From Candidatus Poribacteria bacterium (GTDB lineage: Bacteria; Poribacteria; WGA-4E; WGA-3G): a stretch of DNA of 64,000 bases. Below the pieces are notes generated by a model. That model was given only the letters and a program-made list of their open reading frames with translations, did no database searches and was not told the origin of the DNA. The stretch lies in NCBI GenBank assembly GCA_965221425.1, contig OZ244889.1, forward strand, positions 3,077,415-3,141,414. Reading direction: 5' to 3'. The position numbers and the translations under genes were made by a program. Numbering within the stretch: the first letter of the stretch is position 1; every line of letters begins with the position of its first letter. Shown in pieces: positions 1 through 7,705 of the stretch.

Positions 1-69
1 ATAGTCGGACTCTTTTGTTATAAAGATTCTATAGAAAAATGTATAATAAACACAGGCACATCAATACCT

Positions 70-315
70 TTGTTTATCTTAATTTCAACAATAATAATTG
101 ATGGAAAGGTAAGAGTCATGGAATGGGCTGCAATTAAGCGAGAAAGACGTTTACGTCAAGTAAGAGAACGTGAACAACAAATTCGTGCTCAAGCTCAAGC
201 TGAAAGAGAAGCTGAATGGATTGAATGGGCAGCTAATGGTAAAGATCCTGACAAAATGCCATCAGTTGTCAATCCTATAGAAGTCCAAACGACTACAAAG
301 ACTTCTAAAAAATAA
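70..315 (+). CDS. hypothetical small charged coiled-coil protein (R/E/Q-rich); lies in an AT-rich segment at the window edge
   Basis: ORF track only. No recognisable domain. Local AT content is higher than the rest of the window. Confidence 0.25.
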   Translation: MFILISTIIIDGKVRVMEWAAIKRERRLRQVREREQQIRAQAQAEREAEWIEWAANGKDPDKMPSVVNPIEVQTTTKTSKK

Positions 316-382
316 CATTTCCTTACGCTGCTGGCAAGGGTTCCTACGCATTCCCCCTTGATAAGGGGGTTAGGGGGATTAA

Positions 383-637
383 ATGGAAACACAAGAATTT
401 CAGAAAATAGTTATTGACAAGTTCAGTATCATAGAATCCGATTTAAAAGATATTCGTAAGGATATACATGATTTAGATACACGTCTCAGCAATCGTATTT
501 CTGAAGTAGAGAAATCCTTAGCCATTTTTGAAGCACGTGATGCAGAGAAATCCAAAATCAATGCATGGTTATCTAAACTATTTCTTATCGTTATTGGAGG
601 TGCAATCGCAATCTTTGGCAGATATTTAATTCCTTAA
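383..637 (+). CDS. small membrane protein with N-terminal coiled coil and C-terminal TM helix, XhlA/holin-associated-like topology
   Basis: 84 aa. Charged heptad-like N-terminus (DLKDIRKDIHDLDTRLSNRISEVEKSL) followed by a single hydrophobic C-terminal helix (LFLIVIGGAIAIFG). This layout resembles phage XhlA-type proteins. AT-rich context. Confidence 0.4.
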   Translation: METQEFQKIVIDKFSIIESDLKDIRKDIHDLDTRLSNRISEVEKSLAIFEARDAEKSKINAWLSKLFLIVIGGAIAIFGRYLIP

Positions 638-674
638 CGACTTGTACCAGTTACCTGATTGTTTTTGGAACACA

Positions 675-804
675 GCGAGGTTCAGAAACCTCGCCAGCAG
701 ACGGGGCATATTGTCTGAATCGCGGATGAACGCAGATGACGCGGATGGGGTTGGAAAACACAAAATCACTTCCGGGTCATCCGTGATAATCCGCGATGCA
801 GACA
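675..804. repeat. solo core hairpin (GCGAGGTTCAGAAACCTCGCCAGCAG) plus inverted pair of 'TCTGAATCGCGGAT' units
   Basis: The core hairpin at 675-700 is a variant of the dispersed GCGAGGTTAGGAAACCTCGC unit. 'tctgaatcgcggatgaacgcagatgacgcggatgggg' (713-750) and the inverted 'atccgcgatgcagaca' (789-804) reappear at 55010-55290. Confidence 0.5.
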
Positions 805-812
805 ACACAACC

Positions 813-3422
813 CTACCGAATCACAGCCAATCGGTGAATACTCTCCGCCTTTTTATCGTCAAGCACAGCACGGACTTTGTAAAAATAGACACCGTTTGCA
901 AGCGGTGTGCCTTCCGCGTCTTGTGCGTTCCATGCCACCTCGTTATAGCCTTCCTTCGCGGAAACATCTTTCAAAACGTGAATACGCCGTCCGGACACGT
1001 TATAAATTGTAATCTGCACCGTATCCGCATCAAGTGTCAGTTGATAAGTAAACGTAGTATTCCGCTTGAGCGGGTTCGGATAATTGTAGACGTTAGAGAT
1101 ACGCAATTCGGTCTCTTCGGGTGAAAAAGTTTCGTCATGTTTTTGGAGCGTTCGGTAGTCGAAACTGGAGAGAAATGTAACCTCTTCTTTTAAAGTCTTT
1201 ACCAATTCCACCTCATTTGTCTGGTGCGAATACCCGAAAAGCGGACCAAATTCGTTAAATTGCTTGATTAGAGGTTGTATAGACCTTGAGAACTCTGCAG
1301 CGCTGGCAAGTTTAGCACTAATGGCGCTGCCGGTGTTACGTTCATAGCCGAGCGCAATAGCTTCTACCAGTTTTTCGCGGCTCTGAAATAGTAAAACCCA
1401 TAGATTCATTAAGTACACGGCATCGTTCAAATCGTGTGCTGCGGCAAGGTCTACCGGTTCCGCGATTTCGTGTGCTTCCTGTATCTCGTTTGCTGCGCGT
1501 TGTTGCGGTGCTAAAAGTGCCGTGAATCGACTTGCGGCGGTCTGTGCAATTTTTAATTCCGGGATTGCCAACGTATTTTTCACTGCTCTCTCACCAATCA
1601 AGTTCCAAAACCGTGTAGCTAAACCAGCCGACCCGCTGCCGTAGGTGCCACCGATGGAAAGCGAACTTGCATAATCTGAAAAGTAGCTGGCTAACGTCCA
1701 ACCGTTGGTCCGGAGCGCGCTGAGAATCAAGTCAGCTGCCGCCGTGTTGCCGTAGCGTGCCACCAATTCATTATGCATTAGCTGGAGGTGGTCAAGTTGC
1801 ATATCCCAATTAATACGCGCGCTTACGAGACGGTCAAGGTAACCTAAGCCCTGCGTTGCACCTTGCACAGTAAACCCGCTTAACCCAACAACGTCAGGTG
1901 AGTTCGCAAGCTGACGCACCCCTTGTACAAACAGATCGCTTTCAAGCATCCAGAACGGCATAACCTCCTCAACATCATGTGAAAGCACAATGAATCGGTG
2001 TCCCATCTCTCCGAGCGTGTTCATCTGCTCAATCGGAATATTCGGATCGGTGATCGGTTCTCCATCTGCCCCCCATTTTTGCGAAAAAATCGTGCCTTTC
2101 GGTAATTGGCGTGCATAGTCACCATCGGGGTCTTGCAGCCAACTTCTGTTATAGCCTGAAATGTAAAACTTGAAATCGGGTCGGACTTCCTGTGCGGCTT
2201 TAATAATCGTGAAGTATACCTCCCACAGTTTCGCTTGTCCTTGCGGGGAGCGGTCACCACATTCGGGGCAATTGCATGCCCGCGTCTCATGCCCCCAAGA
2301 TCGCAAGTGAAAGCCCGCAAGGGTCGGGTAGGTCTTCACAATTTCCTGCGTTAATTGGCGTGCTAACGTGTGGAACTCCGGTTTTGACCAGCAAAACGGA
2401 CGATAAGAAACCTCGTTCCTTGATGCCCCATATAACACTTCCGGCCCCAACAGATCGGGACGCGCTTGAATAAGTGCCTCTGTCGGTTCACCTGTTAAAT
2501 ACATAAATAGGTACGCATCAATACCGCGATCTCTCAGTGCATTAAACCGGTTTTGAAGCGTTTCGATTCTTTTCAATCGTTGTGAGCGCGGTTCATCTTG
2601 CAGTTCTGAAAACGCGGGAGTGTCCACATATTTGAAGGCAGTGCCAAATCCGTCTTCAATCCCGGTTCCTGTCCAAACACCTTCACCCCCGCTCATATTC
2701 ACACGTTGCCTTGCAAGCCAATCCGGATCATCTATTTCCAATACGGCGCGAATAGGATAAAATGGGCGGGCAGTTGTGTCTAACTGCGGCAAAGACAGCG
2801 AAGGTGCGCGCTTCACTGCTATATCAGGATGGACAGGTTTAAGACCTGTTAACTCGGTAATACATGCCTCAATAAAGGCATAAGTGCCGTAAATCACACC
2901 GCGCGGCGTCCGGGCAGATATGACAATAACGATTTCTGCTCCAAGATCAGCGGATTTAATCTGATACCCCTCATCACCCAATTCTTCTGATAACACTAAA
3001 TCCATCTTTGTGCGAAGCGACTGAATCGTAGGATTTGAGGTCGGTGTGCCTAAAACGATGACCGTTCGCGTTGTCGTTGACTGTTGATTGGTGCGAAGTT
3101 CAAGTTGCGCGCCTGTCCATTTTTCAATAAAAGTTCGGATTTCGGCTGCAGCAAACCGCTCTTGTGTTGAAGCGTTAGCACCGATTTGCACGGTCGCTCT
3201 GGGTTCACCAGATACAACAATCGGTACCGCTGCCGCCTCCGCGTGCATAGCTACTATTAAAAGGCAGAATGTTATTTGCAGAAGAAGACACGCTTTTGTC
3301 CCGGATCGTCTGAATGTACTATTAATGTAACCCGATGACGCGCTGCTGGCAAGGTTTCCTAACCTTGCAGATCGTCTGACTGTACTATTAATGTAACCCA
3401 AGTTACCACCTATGTAGCACAA
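813..3422 (-). CDS. secreted glycoside-hydrolase-like protein with C-terminal Por/T9SS sorting domain (FlgD-Ig-like CTD); true start uncertain, probably near 3296
   Basis: The C-terminal ~80 aa (NYPNPLKRNTTFTYQL..ITIYNVSGRRIHVL..GVYFYKVRA) match the T9SS C-terminal sorting domain pattern. The central region has a CxCxxC motif and TIM-barrel GH-like character. A hydrophobic signal-like segment (KACLLLQITFCLLIVAM) has no in-frame ATG/GTG/TTG just upstream. The ORF 5' end at 3300-3422 translates through MITE-like repeat DNA. Confidence 0.7.
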   Translation of the reverse strand: MCYIGGNLGYINSTVRRSARLGNLASSASSGYINSTFRRSGTKACLLLQITFCLLIVAMHAEAAAVPIVVSGEPRATVQIGANASTQERFAAAEIRTFIEKWTGAQLELRTNQQSTTTRTVIVLGTPTSNPTIQSLRTKMDLVLSEELGDEGYQIKSADLGAEIVIVISARTPRGVIYGTYAFIEACITELTGLKPVHPDIAVKRAPSLSLPQLDTTARPFYPIRAVLEIDDPDWLARQRVNMSGGEGVWTGTGIEDGFGTAFKYVDTPAFSELQDEPRSQRLKRIETLQNRFNALRDRGIDAYLFMYLTGEPTEALIQARPDLLGPEVLYGASRNEVSYRPFCWSKPEFHTLARQLTQEIVKTYPTLAGFHLRSWGHETRACNCPECGDRSPQGQAKLWEVYFTIIKAAQEVRPDFKFYISGYNRSWLQDPDGDYARQLPKGTIFSQKWGADGEPITDPNIPIEQMNTLGEMGHRFIVLSHDVEEVMPFWMLESDLFVQGVRQLANSPDVVGLSGFTVQGATQGLGYLDRLVSARINWDMQLDHLQLMHNELVARYGNTAAADLILSALRTNGWTLASYFSDYASSLSIGGTYGSGSAGLATRFWNLIGERAVKNTLAIPELKIAQTAASRFTALLAPQQRAANEIQEAHEIAEPVDLAAAHDLNDAVYLMNLWVLLFQSREKLVEAIALGYERNTGSAISAKLASAAEFSRSIQPLIKQFNEFGPLFGYSHQTNEVELVKTLKEEVTFLSSFDYRTLQKHDETFSPEETELRISNVYNYPNPLKRNTTFTYQLTLDADTVQITIYNVSGRRIHVLKDVSAKEGYNEVAWNAQDAEGTPLANGVYFYKVRAVLDDKKAESIHRLAVIR

Positions 3423-3605
3423 TCTGTATGAAGATTAAATAAATATTTCGGTAAGGGGGCGAGGTTAGGAAACCTCGCCAGCAGTGGTGTATCCGTACCT
3501 TGGTAATTTTGCGAGGTTAGGAAACCTCGCAAAATTACCGATTTATCTTTTAATTTTCATTTAGATTGTGCATCCGTGAACGCAAACTAACAGTTTGCTC
3601 TACAA
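3412..3605. repeat. MITE-like element, family A, complete copy with ~40 bp TIRs and two GCGAGGTTAGGAAACCTCGC hairpins
   Basis: Left end 'tgtagcacaatctgtatgaagattaaataaatatttcggtaa'. Right end 'ttaccgatttatcttttaattttcat' followed by 'gtgcatccgtgaacgcaaactaacagtttgctctacaa'. The core hairpin is present twice (3459-3478, 3511-3530). Immediately upstream (3303-3400) a 30 bp direct repeat 'gatcgtctgaMtgtactattaatgtaaccc' brackets an inverted core. Confidence 0.7.
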
Positions 3606-3628
3606 AAATCGCTCATGCCGAACTTACA

Positions 3629-4399
3629 TTAATGTACATGCTCATGCTCTAACCCAGGAATAAAATACATAACACATAACGTTACAATCAATCCGACAAC
3701 AAACGCTATTTTCGTAGCAGTACTAATTTTTTCTGCAGATGGCTCATGTCCGCCGCGTAAACCGTCCATCACAACATGTAACAAGGTACCCAAAGCAAAA
3801 GCGAATAAATAGTCCGCTAAATCTTTAAAAATACTGTGTAGTAAACGTTCTCCTATGAATGCCCCGATGAACGGCGCAATTAGAAGGGGGGTGAGCCATA
3901 ACGCTGTCTGTCCAAATCCGTAAACTTGGCGTAACGCTGTCGTTATCACTGTTGCTACAGGTAACCGGTGAAGTAGTATTCCAAGAGCAAGCGCGATACC
4001 CTCTTTTGGTTTTCCTGCTGCGATACTGAGATTAAATCCATCTACAATGGAGTGAATTGATAACCCAATAATGGTTAAGTCTACGCCCCAATGTTGTTTC
4101 TTCTTAACTTTTACCTGATCGCCGAGACGCACCTGCATCCGATGTGTAAGATGTTCCAACAACCAGATCAATAGGAAGCCTCCCCACATCACTATAATTG
4201 GAACTAAAATAGCGAGGGAACCGTCCTCTCTGAAGGGTTGTACCAGACGGTACATAAACATCAAAACGAAGCCGAGGACTGCACCGGCAGTAAAACCGAA
4301 AATGAGGCGGAATTCAGCCTGTTTGTGCCAGAAAACCAGCGCAATTCCTGCACCAATCAGCACTGTTACCGATGCAATTACCAAATATAATAGCAACAT
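3629..4399 (-). CDS. ZIP-family divalent metal (zinc) transporter, ZupT-like
   Basis: Eight predicted TM segments. HSIVDGFNLSIAAG matches the ZIP TM4 HSxxDG signature. Second motif HRLPVA (degenerate HExPE). His-rich C-terminus (LEHEHVH). Confidence 0.55.
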   Translation of the reverse strand: MLLLYLVIASVTVLIGAGIALVFWHKQAEFRLIFGFTAGAVLGFVLMFMYRLVQPFREDGSLAILVPIIVMWGGFLLIWLLEHLTHRMQVRLGDQVKVKKKQHWGVDLTIIGLSIHSIVDGFNLSIAAGKPKEGIALALGILLHRLPVATVITTALRQVYGFGQTALWLTPLLIAPFIGAFIGERLLHSIFKDLADYLFAFALGTLLHVVMDGLRGGHEPSAEKISTATKIAFVVGLIVTLCVMYFIPGLEHEHVH

Positions 4400-4572
4400 A
4401 ATATCAATATATCATATTTTTTTTTTGAATTCAAGCGAAACTTGTGTTATACTTTTGCTATACTGTATTTTGTAAGTTTAGCAATTTGCTATCTGAAAAT
4501 TCCGTATAGCAAATTTTAAGTTTAAACTTGAAACGTTTTTTCATGTCTAATACAACATAAACTTTTAGGAAA

Positions 4573-4735
4573 ATGAAGATTAAATAAATATTTCGGTAAG
4601 GGGGCGAGGTTAGGAAGAAATCAACGGTATGAATGCCATTTAGGCATTCCCCGCCTCGCCAGCAGCAGGTGCACATATCCGCTGACGAGGTTTCCTAACC
4701 TCGCCAAAATACCCAATTTATTTTTATCTTATATT
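4573..4735. repeat. MITE-like element family A copy carrying an extra internal 'AATGCCATTTAGGCATT' hairpin module
   Basis: 'atgaagattaaataaatatttcggtaagggggcgaggttaggaag..tcaacggtatgaatgccatttaggcattcc..ccagcagcaggtgcacatatccgctg..gaggtttcctaacctcgcc..acccaatttatttttatctt'. The 'cattcataccgttgatttcttcctaacc' module is shared with copies at 30400-30740 and 59170-59250. Confidence 0.65.
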
Positions 4736-4851
4736 CCTAAAAGTATGGTAGATCACCGAAAAGTGATGTGTCTAATAATTTGTAATTCACTATAATCCGT
4801 TTTCTCTCTAAAGAAAATGTAATTAAGAAAGACCTAAGGAGTCTAAATTTT

Positions 4852-7593
4852 ATGAAAGTTACAGTGATTTTAAAAACAACCTTAATAGCGATGTCCATCG
4901 CTTTAGCAATTTGTATGGTTTATTTGCCTGGCGCAGTAGCGCAGGAAGAAAGCACAGAAGAAACTGACGCTGCCTCTGAAGAAGAGGCCGTTGAACTTGA
5001 AAGCGTAGTGGTTGTCGGTACTCGGGCAAAGCCGCGTTCCGTTTTGGATTCAGCGGTACCGATCGATATTGTGTCAAGTGATGCCTTTGAAAAACAGGGT
5101 GGCGCGGATCTGCCGGATCTGCTGAGAACTTTGGTGCCATCTTACAACGTCAATACGCAGCCGATTAGTGATGCGTCAACAGTGGTCCGTCCGGCGAATT
5201 TACGGGGACTTGCCCCAGACCATACACTGGTACTCGTCAATAGCAAGCGACGCCACCGTGCCGCAGTGATTCACTGGCTCGGGAACGGTTTGTCTGATGG
5301 TTCACAGGGACCTGACCTGGCACCTATTCCCGCAATTGCTCTGCAACAGGTAGAGGTGCTACGCGACGGTGCATCGGCACAATACGGTTCTGATGCTATT
5401 GCTGGTGTGATGAACTTCCAATTGAAAGACAATTTTGAAGGCGGTTCGATTGAATTTAAACCCGGTATCTACCAACACGGCGACGGTAGACAATTTGCGC
5501 TCGCTGGCAACATCGGTTTAGGGGATACAGACGCGTGGACTAGCCTCAGTTTTGAATACGGTGGCGCAGATCCGACCATCCGTTCTGTGCAACGCGATGA
5601 CGCTATAAACCTGATTAACGCAGGCAATTTTAGTGTGAAAGACCCCGCGCAAATTTGGGGACAGCCGATTATAGAGAATGATGTCAAATTGTTTGCCAAC
5701 TACGGCGCTACCATCACAGATACCATCGAATTCTATGGACACGCCAACTACGCAAGTAAGCGCGTCGAAGGTGGGTTCTATTTCCGAAACCCAAACACTC
5801 GCAATGGTGTGTTTAGCCCAACCGGGAAAGATGATACGTTGCTCGTCGGGGATTTGCGAGGTTTGACAGATGAGATGGCAGCCTGGGAAACCCGAAAGGC
5901 AGAGTGGGAAGCCGAAAATGCGGCAGCAGTGGAAGCCGGGGAAACATTTCCTGAACTCTCACCTCACGATGCTGACGATATCCCAATAATAGATCACGAA
6001 CCGGATCCCGAAAAGTTGCAAGCCGTTAAGAATGACCCGAATCTATTCAATTTTCAAGAGATGTTCCCAGGCGGATTCACCCCCAGATTTGGTGCATTCA
6101 TGTGGGATAGTGCTGTCGTCGTTGGCGTTAAAGGCACCGCGTTCGAAGACACCTTGGATAACGACTTAACTTGGGATCTGAGCGGTTCTTTTGGACGTAA
6201 CCATGCTGATTTCTTTATCTTCAACACTGTTAATGCTTCGCTTGGCCCAGATACACCGACCCATTTTGATCCGGGTGACTATATCCAGACGGATTATAAC
6301 CTCAACTTTGATGTAACCTATCCGCTCAACGACACGGTGTTCCTCGCTTCTGGTTTGGAATATCGGGACGAAGGATTTGAAATCATAGAGGGCGAACGCG
6401 AGTCGCATCAGATCGGACCCCTCGCAGCGCAAGGCTTCACGGCTGCCTCCAACGGATTTTCGGGGTTCAGCCCAGTTGCAGCAGGCAAGTGGCACCGTTA
6501 CAACGTTGCCGCCTATGTGGAAACTGAAATCAGACCGATTGATCCGCTCCTGCTCGCGCTCGCTGTGCGCGGTGAACAATTTGAAATTTTCGGTAGCACC
6601 CTGAACTACAAAGCCGCTGCAAACTACAAGGTTACGGAAACGATGCGGTTGCGGGGAAGTTATAGTAGCGGGTTCCGCGCACCAACACCCGGACAGCAAA
6701 ATACGTTCAACATTACCACTGAATACGATTTTGAGAAGGGTGATCTCGTTAATAAAGGAACAATTCCTTCCACCAACGAGGCTGTTGGTGTTGTGACAGG
6801 CGAGGAAGATAACTCGCTTGACCCGGAAACATCAAATAACCTCACTGCTGGGTTTACCGTCGATATTCTGGGGGTAAACTTCACCGCTGATATTTTTGAT
6901 ATTCGGCTGAAAAACCGGTTATCGGTGTCACAACACTATACATTGGAAGACGAGCAGAAGGCGCAGCTCATTGCCGCAGGTGTAACCAGCGCTGCGAATC
7001 TGGAAACATTCCAGTTCTTTATCAATGACTTCAATACCACAACCCAAGGTGTTGATACTGTCATTACGGCACCAATACCGAATGGTACGCTCATTGCCGT
7101 GTATAACTTCACGGCAACTGAGGTTACCCATATCGTAATCGACGGAGAACTCGTCGAATTAACTTCTGAATTTGATGATCCTGATTATGAAGAGTGGAAA
7201 AAAGCCACACTGGACGCGCATCGAACCAGGGAACTGGAAGAGAATTTACCCAAACACCGCGCCAGCCTGACGCTCGCGCAATCCATAACGGATGCGTGGG
7301 GAGTAATCGCGCGCGCCAATTATTTTAGTGGTTGGTTCGATTCTGAAGATTACCTACAGAATCCAGATGTAGAAGGCACTGGAGAATACACTGGAAAGGT
7401 TACTGTCGACTTGGAAACCACTTACACCGTGGACTCCGGATTGGCACTCACGCTCGGTGGAAGAAATATCCTCAATACCTATCCTGATGAAAATCCGAAT
7501 GGTGCTGCTTCTGTCGGCAACAAATATGGGCAATTCAGTCCGTTCGGTTTTGACGGTGCATACTGGTATGCTAAAGTTGGTTACAGTTTCTAA
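4852..7593 (+). CDS. TonB-dependent outer-membrane receptor (paralog 1)
   Basis: Signal peptide, then an acidic linker (EESTEETDAASEEEAVELE). Plug-domain motifs (VVVGTR..PANLRGLAPDHTLVLVNSKRR; VLRDGASAQYGSDAIAGVMNFQLKD). ~650 aa barrel ending in aromatic 'GYSF'. RBS AAGGAG 10 nt upstream. Confidence 0.8.
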   Translation: MKVTVILKTTLIAMSIALAICMVYLPGAVAQEESTEETDAASEEEAVELESVVVVGTRAKPRSVLDSAVPIDIVSSDAFEKQGGADLPDLLRTLVPSYNVNTQPISDASTVVRPANLRGLAPDHTLVLVNSKRRHRAAVIHWLGNGLSDGSQGPDLAPIPAIALQQVEVLRDGASAQYGSDAIAGVMNFQLKDNFEGGSIEFKPGIYQHGDGRQFALAGNIGLGDTDAWTSLSFEYGGADPTIRSVQRDDAINLINAGNFSVKDPAQIWGQPIIENDVKLFANYGATITDTIEFYGHANYASKRVEGGFYFRNPNTRNGVFSPTGKDDTLLVGDLRGLTDEMAAWETRKAEWEAENAAAVEAGETFPELSPHDADDIPIIDHEPDPEKLQAVKNDPNLFNFQEMFPGGFTPRFGAFMWDSAVVVGVKGTAFEDTLDNDLTWDLSGSFGRNHADFFIFNTVNASLGPDTPTHFDPGDYIQTDYNLNFDVTYPLNDTVFLASGLEYRDEGFEIIEGERESHQIGPLAAQGFTAASNGFSGFSPVAAGKWHRYNVAAYVETEIRPIDPLLLALAVRGEQFEIFGSTLNYKAAANYKVTETMRLRGSYSSGFRAPTPGQQNTFNITTEYDFEKGDLVNKGTIPSTNEAVGVVTGEEDNSLDPETSNNLTAGFTVDILGVNFTADIFDIRLKNRLSVSQHYTLEDEQKAQLIAAGVTSAANLETFQFFINDFNTTTQGVDTVITAPIPNGTLIAVYNFTATEVTHIVIDGELVELTSEFDDPDYEEWKKATLDAHRTRELEENLPKHRASLTLAQSITDAWGVIARANYFSGWFDSEDYLQNPDVEGTGEYTGKVTVDLETTYTVDSGLALTLGGRNILNTYPDENPNGAASVGNKYGQFSPFGFDGAYWYAKVGYSF

Positions 7594-7607
7594 ACCTATA
7601 AAATAAA

Positions 7608-7650
7608 CTCAGTAGGCGTGTTTGTAAATCTGCAATTCACGCCTACTTAC
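7608..7650 (+). terminator. stem-loop downstream of TBDT paralog 1 (stem GTAGGCGTG/CACGCCTAC)
   Basis: 9 bp perfect stem starting 15 nt after the stop codon, followed by T-rich 'ttactttgtaagtt'. Confidence 0.4.
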
Positions 7651-7705
7651 TTTGTAAGTTCTGTTGTAAACCAAGTATTTTCATAACATAAGGGGAGATT
7701 AAATT

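Noticed and set aside
642-1124. 160 aa plus-strand ORF
   Set aside because: It lies antisense over the T9SS C-terminal domain coding region of the 813-3422 gene. It has no RBS or domain and is likely spurious.
3459-3530. Two copies of GCGAGGTTAGGAAACCTCGC(CAGCAG) separated by a 26-32 nt unique spacer: CRISPR-like at first glance
   Set aside because: There are only two units. They sit inside a TIR-bounded MITE-like element that recurs dispersed through the window, with different internal modules. No cas genes are present and there is no longer array anywhere.
4400-4851. Possible cobalamin riboswitch upstream of the TonB-dependent receptor
   Set aside because: No B12-box (GCCACTG) or conserved riboswitch core. 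The region is occupied by a MITE copy and AT-rich spacer.
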